Shown here one piece after another: positions 55,107 through 64,000 of a DNA stretch of 64,000 bases (positions within the stretch are counted from its first letter, which is position 1; each line of letters starts with the position of its first letter). The DNA is taken from assembly GCF_009914755.1 (NCBI RefSeq), contig NC_060932.1. The stretch is one strand, 5' to 3'. Source of the stretch: the human T2T-CHM13v2.0 reference genome, Homo sapiens. The translations under genes were made by a program, and so were the position numbers. The notes beneath the pieces are model-generated. The model ran no database searches. It saw only the letters and a list, made by a program, of their open reading frames with translations, and was not told where the DNA came from.

Positions 55107-56908
55107 TGTTATAGGATCTTTGGGGTATTGTTTTTCTGGCCAGAAACCCATGGCCAGAGGCATCTTTGCCCGAGTTTTGCTCAGGCCCATTTGGGCTTGT
55201 TTTGACCACTTGGCTTGGCAGGCTGTGCTTGGCTCATGCTACTGGCCTGGGTCTCATGCCTCCCAAGAGAAAGTCAAGCATGGAATGGCGTGGGGAATGT
55301 GAGTGAGCATGGGGCCCAGCCACTGTGCACAGTCAGACATGCCAGCTGCTGCAGCAGGGCAGGCAGCTCCAGGTGCCAGCATGGATGCCGGCTCTGTGAG
55401 GCTGCAGCTGGACCAGGTGCACCACAAGCAGCTTCCATGACTGGAACAAGTGGTGCCTGGAAGCTTGCAGATGCCAGGAACCACAGGCCCTCAAAGAGGG
55501 AGTCACAGCCCTGGATCCAGGAGCTCCCAGGTCTTGGAGGGGCACAGCTTTTTTTTTCCTTATCTTCACCCACAATGTGGTGAGCAAGGGGCATGTCTCA
55601 GCCCTGTTTGTGACACAGCTCTTTTAACCTCACCATTTGGTGAATCCCAAGTTCTTGTCCTGTGGCCAGGAAGAATGACGTATGCAGACAAATTAAGGGA
55701 GAGCAAGACAATGAGGAGCTTTATTGAACAATAGAAAAGCTCAGAGGACACCCTCAGGGGAAGCTCCTTTCCACAGCCAGGGCATGCCAATGAGTGTTTA
55801 GCTCCTAGAAGAGAGGTTATCTCCTCTCTGCTAGGCAATTTGTCCCAACAGGTGTCCAGCTATCAGCAGATAGGGTAGCTGCTCCTCTCTGAAGCTGATC
55901 ATCCCATTGTCTGCACAACTCTCAGCAGAGAGGAGGCCCTGGAGTGGGTTGCTCCTCTCTGCAGTTGATCATTCTGACTTCTGCTCAGCTCTGGCTGAGC
56001 CCGGGGCTTTTATGGGCCTCAGAGGGGAGGAAGAGCACATCCATTTGTCCATGGTTGGCTATGAGTGGGCCCAGAAAAGACACCTCAAGTTCCTACTTTG
56101 ATCTGTGGGACTGGCAGCATGGCCCCCAGCTTTCAGGTCCTCCCTGGCCTGAAGGTTGGGCTTCACCAGGAAACCTCCCACTTCTGCCCAGGAACCTGTC
56201 TGCCTTCTGCTGCTATTTATGGTGCCCAGGCTGTAGGTGCCAAGGGATGCCTGTGGGCTGGTGCTGAACTGCCATCAGCTCCCCCTAGGGTTCCCTCCTA
56301 TGCTTTTTGGTGCCCAAAGTCCAGAGGGGGCCAAGGTGGCAGGGTGCTGGCATGTCAGCATTGCCCTGAGCATGTATGTACCCAGCCGGGCCATGACAGT
56401 GCCCAGGCGTGGCCCCCACTTTGCTCCAAGGTCAGAGCCAGTGCCAATAGCAGGGAGAAGCCAGACAGCAGGAGCAGGTACTTCTAAGCCTGCAAGAGTG
56501 GGGGTGCCTTCCAGGGCCCCCAAGAGTGCAGAGATGCCTGAGTCTTTAGCCACAGTCTGGATGGCTGCAGCTGTGCCAGTGGGGCAGGGCTTCTGCCTGC
56601 TCTATGGAGCAGGAGGCCCAAGTCTGCAGCTGTGGTTTGGGCAGCTGCAACTATACCCAGGAGGATGGGGTTCCTGCCTGCTCCCAGGCCCCAAGAGCAC
56701 AAGGATGCCCAGGTCTGCAGCCATGGCTTGGGCAGCGGCAGCAACACCCAGGGAGTTCCCTCCCCAACTCAGAAGGGTGGGGCTCCCGCTTATCACCAGC
56801 TTCTGCCAGCTCCCACCGGCTCCATGGAGCATGCAGCTCTGACTGTGTCTCTCTGCTGCAGCTGAAGTAATGGCAGTGGTTGCTCCAGATGGCCTGCCAC
56901 TGCCATCA
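55107..56908 (-). mobile_element. MER52A-type ERV1 solo LTR (1.8 kb, GC-rich)
   Basis: Termini tgttataggatctttgggg ... gccactgccatca (TG..CA); 4-bp TSD GTGA on both sides; ctttattg (reverse poly-A signal) near 55720. Confidence 0.88.
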
Positions 56909-57147
56909 GTGAGAAGCTCGCTGGGCTCAGTGGACACTGGAGGGCCCAGCAGTAGGTGTGGCCAGAGGAGAGAAACTGGCAATACCAGTGGTATTTGAGG
57001 ACTTAGTCCTTCCTTTGGGTATTCTGAATAACCCAGGAGGTGAGGACACAGAGTTCTAAAAATCCTTCTGGTGTGAGTGACAGCCAGAATATGAGTAATT
57101 ATTGTTATTTATTAATATTATTTAATAATGAAGAAGAATATTCTCAT

Positions 57148-57550
57148 CCATTTACTTATTCAACAAATGCTCATTGAGCATCCACCAGTGCCAGACACTA
57201 TGCTGAGCACTGGGAACATGTTGGTGGATGAAAGAGACACAACCCTTTCCTTCATTAATGTACAGACCAGTGGGAAAGACAGACACTAACCAAAAAAAAA
57301 AAAAAAAAAAAAAACAAAGAAATGAGCAACTAATCACAAATAGATGATGTCAAGTTACAGAAAAATTAACCAAGATGTGCAAGATGTGGTAATGGAGAAT
57401 AAAGAAGAAGGGGTGTCTACTTAGACTGAATGGAGAGGATCTATCCAAAAGGCGACATTTTAGATTAATTATGAAACACTGAAAAGCAGCCATCATGAAA
57501 ACCTCAGGGGAAAGAGAATTCCAGGAGGCCTTCAGGTGGGAAAGATGCAT
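57148..57550 (-). mobile_element. L2a 3' fragment with an internal poly-A run
   Basis: ttattcaacaaatgctcattgagc...gtgccagacactatgctgagcactggg...gggaaagacagaca. Confidence 0.8.
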
Positions 57551-57654
57551 TTCAGGATTGCCAACATGGCTGGCAACAGGGAGTGGCCATTTTACCTACA
57601 GGCTGGTATAACCTAGAGAAGAAAAGAATGCAATGAAATACTAACAATGTCCCT

Positions 57655-57880
57655 CTAATAACAATGGCAACTCCCACTTATGCAGTCCTTTCTGTTTCAC
57701 AATGCATTTCCTATTTACTTTTTCAGTTCCCAGTCCACACTCCTGTAAATGATAAAGCCAAGGCTAATGTATCCATTCATATGAGACAACTGAGGGCTGT
57801 AAAATGTGACTTACCCAAAACATAATGGTGGAGATGCCAGGCAGTTGACTTGGGTCTCTAAAATTTCAGTCCTTACTCTT
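57655..57880 (-). mobile_element. MIR fragment
   Basis: atgagacaactgagg...gtgacttacccaa...ggtggagatgccagg. Confidence 0.6.
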
Positions 57881-58649
57881 CCCCAAGTCTTGTTGCCTTG
57901 ACTCACTGGGGTCATAATTTGATGACACAGGTCCCACATTTTAATCCTTGCCTTCAATAAGTCATGGGATGCCCATGCAAGCCACAGCTCCTTGGTGGAG
58001 ACTCTTACCTCTGGACAAACAGGACCTGTGAAAAGCTCCTGTCTCCTACTCTGGATACTTCCTGTAAACAGGACTCATTTTCAGTGTGACTCTAATAATC
58101 AAGAAAATAAATTAGATCCCAGAATCTCTCTCACTTTGGATAATAGCTCGTTCCAGGAAGTCATTAATGCAGTAAATCAAACTCACAACTGTTGACACCA
58201 TGAAAGCACATTGTTTACCTTCCTTTGATTCAGCTGAGTATCAATTAGCTCAGTGATATTTACATAAATATCTCGATTTAGAGGGTGGAATTGTCCATCT
58301 GCTTCTGGAAAGATTTAATTAGGTCTGTGTTGCTAGAGAAGAAATTAATCCTTTTCAACATTAACCTTTTCAACTAATATATGTTTTGCGTGTATTGTGT
58401 AACATGCCTTGTTATGTAAATTGGACAAACTGAAATATTTCAGGCTGGTGAAATGATGTCTTTTAAACTGAAAATATATCTCTCTTTCCAAATCTTGAAT
58501 GCAAGTGCATCGTTTTGTGCTTTCATATATACAGTCCTTCTTGGTGAGGGTTCTTTCAATCCAACGTCTTGAAGGCTTGTCTTCAACGTTGTATATGCTC
58601 TCCAGTCTGCAGAGGATATTGGTGGCATTCTCTGAACCTCACTCCTGCT

Positions 58650-58918
58650 GGGCCTCTCACCTTCACATTTTCTTCCTCGAGCTGTGAGTCTTTCCTGGGA
58701 TCCCTGAGTAAGATCAGGACCCCACGTCATTTGTGTCCTTTTCCATAAGGGAACTCCTCACTTGAAGTGGCTCTTTTATGTGTGTCTTACCCACAGAAGT
58801 GACCACTCTAGGAATATAAAGATCGTGGATTCCTTGTCTGCTGCCATTTGCCTTGTGCCTAGCAAATTGCACATTTCATAAAAGACTCTCACTAAATGTA
58901 TGTTGAAGGAATGAATGA
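58650..58918 (+). mobile_element. L2 3' fragments
   Basis: gtgcctagc...ctcactaaatgtatgttgaaggaatgaatga. Confidence 0.6.
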
Positions 58919-59354
58919 GCAAAACCAGAATCATCAGGTAACAGTTTCACTGTGATCTTACAGCTCACCACCCAGCTCACAGAAGCAAACATTTTGTTAA
59001 AGGTATGGATATTATTAATACAAAAGTCAAAATGGGTTTAAATGTAAAGCATCCTCCCTTCCTTTTATCTACACTGACATGAACAGGTGCTCCTGCTTCC
59101 AGATTATCCCCTTTCATGAACCCTGTACAGCCAGGTGAGCTCACTGAGGACTCTTATTTTGCTCAATCCAAGCCCTGCAAGGTCTTACTGTTCAAGAAAA
59201 AGGTCTCTTCATCTTCATTGCTTGAAATCTTCATCTCTTCTCCGTTGTCTATGATCAAGTGTTTCTCACTTCTTAGAAGCTTTCCATGAGATCCAAATGT
59301 TTTCATATAACTTCTCAAAAGCCTCCACTCAATCCAAGGTAGGTAGGATACTCG

Positions 59355-59580
59355 TAATAATTATAGTCACCACTTATCAGATCCCTACTCTATACCAGGC
59401 ACTTCTCTGGATCCTTCCTACATAAATCCCTAAGCTTACAAAACACTGAAATTTAGGCATCACTGCCCATGTTTCCAGGTGGCAAAACAAAGACTAAGAG
59501 AGGAATGTGATTGCCCAGTCACACAGCAAGTAGGGTAGAGCCTGGATTTTTAAACTCAGATCTATCTACCTCAACAGCCT
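59355..59580 (-). mobile_element. MIR
   Basis: cacttatcag...ctactctataccaggcac...gcccagtcacacagcaagt...agagcctggattt. Confidence 0.7.
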
Positions 59581-59806
59581 TTGTCTGCCCTTAGAGCATC
59601 CTGTCTTCAGGGTCCCTGCGAACCAAAGCACCAGTGCTGAGTAAAGCATTAGGTCTTCGGTTACAACTCTGTTAACCCAACTGACCAGGATTAAAATGGC
59701 TCAGAATAGGTGATCTCAAAAGATGTGACTCTGTTTGCATCATTGCCTCTATAATAAATCAACCCTCTGTAAATTGGTTAACAAAATATGGACATATAAA
59801 GCAAAC

Positions 59807-60015
59807 AAAGATCAGTAAACTTCTTCTGTGAGGAACCAGATAGTAAATATTTTTGGCTTTGTAGGCCATACAATCTCTGTCGTGACTTCTTAACTCTGCC
59901 ACCGTAGAATGCAGCCATAGACAAAACATAATGAATGGATACAATTCTGTTACAATACAACTGTATTTACAATAGGAGGCAGGATAAATTTGGCCCACTG
60001 ATTTGCTAACCTCTG
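59807..60015. mobile_element. MER58A hAT element
   Basis: ccagatagtaaatattttggctttgtaggccata...aactctgcc...gcagccatagacaa...tttggccc...tttgctaacctctg. Confidence 0.85.
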
Positions 60016-60107
60016 AAACAATGGGAAGGTAGATGGTGTTTTTTTACCACTCTACATTAAGAATACAATTTAATCCTCATGTTAATGTTTTAAAGGAGGT
60101 TGAGTAT

Positions 60108-61028
60108 TGTAGGGAGACCCCCTGAAACTATTGCTATGGAATAAAAGATGAAATGCTCCTGATTATTGTAAATACAAAATTGCATGCAGGATTGTGTAAA
60201 GATAACGCCAGGTTGGACTGCCAGAACGAGCCAACAGCACGTGATGTGCTTCCCCCTGCAGAGAGCCTATGACTGGACGTGCAGTCAGGAAAGTTTCGCA
60301 TCACCAAGATTCCTATCCCAGAAAAGCAGATGTTCATAGCTCTGGGAATGGAATGCGACCCTTGTGGAGAGCCTATAAGTGGACGCATGGAGGGAGCCTG
60401 TCCATATGGATAAGATAGGGCTATAAACGCCCTCATTTTGCCGCGGCTCTTCTAGGCCTCTTTAGGGTTAATGCATACTCCCTTCTGAGAATTTCTGGTC
60501 TGACCAGTTGTCTAGCTGCACGTCCTGTTTCCATGGATTATTTGTAACCAGCTTTTGTTGCAATTGTTACTGCTGATTAATATCTTGCTAATCATAGGTT
60601 ATGGAAAGACTGTGTTTCTGTTCTAAGGCTCTGTTAGAAATTACTGATGGGCATACAATATTGTAAATTCTTATCTCTGTATACTGTACTTCTACATACA
60701 AATGTACTGTACTTCCACATACAAATGTTATGTTAAAGAATTACTTCATCCCCATGTGACCATCTCACCTCATAATCAAATGACCCTAAATCCCTCACTA
60801 ACCTACCCCTGCCCTCACTAAACTTAATAATAAATGCTGGTATATCCAGTGCATTGTTGGCACCGCGGGACCAGAAGGCGGTGACCCCCCGCCGGACCCA
60901 GCTTTCACTATCTTGTGTGTGTCTATTATTTCTCAACCTGCCGATCTGCCTGGGAACAAAGAGAGAGCCCCGTTGCATTGCAGGCTGCCGGCCAGATCCC
61001 ACAATATCTCTGGCCAGATCCCGCAATA
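60108..61028 (+). mobile_element. MER11D-type (ERVK/HML-related) solo LTR inserted in a MIR
   Basis: Starts tgtagggagaccccctgaaactattgct; TATA-like ctataaa at 60421; aataaa near 60830; 6-bp TSD GAGTAT at 60102-60107 and 61029-61034; CpGs retained. Confidence 0.85.
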
Positions 61029-61334
61029 GAGTATTATCTCCATTTTAAAGACAAGAAAATTGAAGTCCCAGAGGACAAAGAGGTTGAGGTCCAAGGTTAC
61101 ACAGCTATTAAATGTGCATCTACAACCCCTGGGCACAAGAAGGTCTTCAGCTTCTCAGTCTGGGTTGTTGCTATTATTTGTTTGTTTCATTGTTTTTTCC
61201 TTTAAACTGAGAATAGCTTTAAATTGATATTGTGTCAGAATCCATAGCCCTTCAACTTCCCAATCTTCAAAGTGTCCCTCTTTCCTTCTCCAAGCCCTTT
61301 CGCCTATGGTGAGGGCAGGAGATAGTAACCTGTT

Positions 61335-61428
61335 ATACAAAGGTATAACAACCACTTTCTCTAAGAAAGTGACAAAGGTAACGTGTAATACAAAGGTAAA
61401 GCAACACTTTCTCTAAGAAAGTGACAAA
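61335..61428. repeat. Two-copy tandem repeat, period 53 bp
   Basis: atacaaaggta...cactttctctaagaaagtgacaaa occurs twice. Confidence 0.9.
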
Positions 61429-61569
61429 TGACAGCTCCAGGCAGAAAGGAACTGCCTGGCACGTAGCACGTGATCAATAGTTCCATATTGAATGATTTAA
61501 GTGGATGAGTGAAATTGACAGAACATGAATTTTGTTGCCTTGGGTTATGGCAAATTATTAGACAATTAA

Positions 61570-61760
61570 TGGGACTTTGGGTCAGACCTACCTCCTCAAA
61601 GTCCTGATCTTACCACTTATTAAACAAATAACCTAGGAAAAGTTACTTAGCATTGGTGAACCTCAGTTTCCTCATCTGTAAGAACACCAACAATGCTAGT
61701 ACCACTTTAATAAGTTGTTATGAGGATTAAATAAAATAATTCATGTAAGATACTTAACTC
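61570..61760 (+). mobile_element. MIR
   Basis: cctcagtttcctcatctgtaa...gttgttatgaggattaaataaaataattcatgtaa. Confidence 0.88.
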
Positions 61761-62934
61761 TTAACTCAACAAGTGGCATCAATGTGAAGGCTATGTTTGG
61801 CACTGTTACTTACTGCATTTGCATTCTGAGCTCTCACTGGCTTCTATATCCATCATTTCCCATCCTAGAGATAAGAACCATGAACACTGGTTAAGGATAC
61901 TAGGTATAATATATTAAATCACTAAATATGTTTGTGTGAGAATAGCTGTATCTATCACCAAATGCATCCTCAAAGACCAAAATTCTAACTTTAAAAATCT
62001 CAGTAAAAAATTATGCCAATATTGGAATTAAAAGAATGCAAAAAGATGGATGCATACCAACGTAGAGACAAAAGGGGAACATTAACAAATACAAACAGTT
62101 TTATTTACCTGGCATGATGAGATATGTTTTTTCCATTTTTTGTTTGTTTTTATGTTAGCCACAAGGTTACTTATGAAATAAGAAAAAGTAACAAAGAAAA
62201 AATTCAATGAAATTACATTTAAAAGCCAATGATAGCAGGAAAAACTTTGCCGTGTTCTAAAAACTGAAATTACTTTTGTTAACCTAAGCATTCATGAGAT
62301 CACAGCTTCGTTAACTTGACTACAGAGTTTTTTAGTTACTTTTTCTTAAAAATCTCATGAATTTCTGCTTTACTGCTTGAGATCCATACAACAGACTACT
62401 TGGCTGGTTTCCTTTTACTTGCCTCCCATGTTTATTACTGATTCCCATTCAACAGCAGAACAGTGAAACAATAGGGCTATTCATAGGAAACACTGATGAT
62501 TATTTTTATGAATTACGTGTGTCCCGTCAGATGAACTCCATTAGAACTTCCCAGAACAGTACAGATGGAAGGTTCTCAGGCCCAAGGTCATCCACTTGTT
62601 ATTCCAAATAACCAGGCACCTCATTGACAATTAAGCAACACGCCTTGAGATTTCTAAGAGTTCTCTTGTTTCACAAAATTTCTTATTCCCACAAAGACCT
62701 TTAGAGAAGTATTCTACGTCATTCCCCTTTGGCCCCAGTACTTACTTGTTCCCAAAACAGCATCCTATATGCAGTCAGCAAAGCTGGGTTTGCATCTACT
62801 TCTGCCGTTTATTAACCATGTGACCTTGGATAAAACACTTAATTTCTCTCAGTTTTAATTATGTTAACAGCCCTATCCACCTCCCCAATATCAAGTATAT
62901 AACATTTTTCTACCATAATTCTATTTTTTCCTAA

Positions 62935-63300
62935 AACACAAACTGAGCACTTACTAGGTACCAGACCTTCTGATAGGTATTTAGGACCCGAAAAGGAAAG
63001 ACACAGGATCTGTATCATTAGAGAAGACAGACACACAGATGATAAAAATATAGGACACTGTGAGACCGCAGTGGGCATGTTGTGGGGTGGGGCACCCATC
63101 CATCCTCAGGGCATAAAAGGCTTCAAAAGACGTGATATTTCCATTCACTCTTGGATAAGAGGGACGGAGACAGGAAGGACAGTCTAATTAGTGGAAAGAG
63201 CATGGGGAAAGATACCACCACGTCAACAAGGCCAGCACATCTGGGGAAATGTGCTGCGACTCATCAGGGCTGGAGTCCAAGGGAGCATGAGGGGAGGAGG
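62935..63300 (-). mobile_element. L2 fragment
   Basis: actgagcacttactaggtaccagac...aagacacagg...gaagacagacac. Confidence 0.55.
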
Positions 63301-63389
63301 CAGGCAGGATAAATATAAAACTAGAAGGGAAACAATCACATTGATTATTGAGAATTTGTTGGTAACACTAATTAAAATAATCCTTAACA

Positions 63390-63600
63390 TCATTGAGCTT
63401 TTGTTCCTGATTAGGTATTCCACAAATTCTTACATTCTCATTTATATCATTACCACAATCCTATGAGGTAGGTGCCATGACTATTTCCATCTTTCAGATG
63501 AACCAACAGAGGCCTAGAGGGTTTAAGCACAACAGATGACCAATTCAGGACTCTAACTCAGTTCTGTCTGATGCCACAGTCTCTGCTACTCCTAACCAAT
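63390..63600 (-). mobile_element. MIR
   Basis: ccacaatcctatgaggtaggt...ccatctttcagatgaac...gaggcctagagggtttaag. Confidence 0.8.
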
Positions 63601-63656
63601 GAGTTCTCCTGCCCCAGCTGAGGGTCTGGGATTTATTGCATGGTCAGTGAGGGCCT

Positions 63657-64000
63657 GTGTTGGATAGACTATAGGGGGACCCCATGACCCCCACCTCTTG
63701 GTAGTTGCCTATGTAATTCCTCCTATGTAATCATCTCTCTTGAATATAGGTTGGCCTAATGACCTTTCTCTAACTGACGGATTACAGAAAAAGCAATGAA
63801 ATATCAATTTCATAATAGAAAACTGTGATGTCCCTCTTGCTAGTAGGCTCTTCCTTGTTGACTGTGATGAAGTAAGAGACCATGTTGGAAAGCCCCATGA
63901 GGCAAAGAACTGAGGGCAGTTTCCACTTAACAACAATGAACATAATCTCTCAAACAGCTCTCCGAAAGCTGAATGTTGCCAACAATTTGAGTGAACTTGG
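63657..64000 (+). mobile_element. MLT1E/F-type LTR running off the window end
   Basis: ccccatgacccccacctcttggt...ggcaaagaactgaggg...ctgaatgttgccaacaa...gtgaacttgg. Confidence 0.75.

Noticed and set aside
55120-56982. GC-rich block with many overlapping ORFs, possible gene or CpG island
   Set aside because: Bounded by TG..CA and a GTGA TSD, CpG-depleted; explained by the MER52A LTR

Overview
Primate (human-like) nuclear DNA, AT-rich and CpG-depleted, with no supportable protein-coding gene, tRNA/rRNA gene, CpG island or CRISPR array. The long ORFs are artefacts of simple repeats, Alu, L1 or LTR sequence. The window is dense in transposon relics: a near-full-length ancient L1M4/L1MC carrying nested L1PA and THE1D/MSTA insertions, an L1MA, a full THE1A/B provirus, solo LTRs (THE1, MLT1, MER52A, MER11D), nine Alus, and many MIR/L2 and hAT fragments. 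It looks like a long intron or gene desert. All subfamily names come from my recall of consensus sequences, not a database search, and the ends of old elements are approximate. The most interesting signals are a gap-free ~327-bp local duplication carrying an AG|GT splice junction, four unique islands sharing PBX-HOX plus TGACA/TGTCA motifs, a candidate promoter (CCACGTCA, DUX4 consensus, TATA), two candidate minus-strand exons, a 723-nt pure purine tract, a MER11D LTR with a duplicated 3' end, and a young L1 with no visible target-site duplication. I found no well-supported new biological system; the regulatory and splicing ideas are hypotheses.
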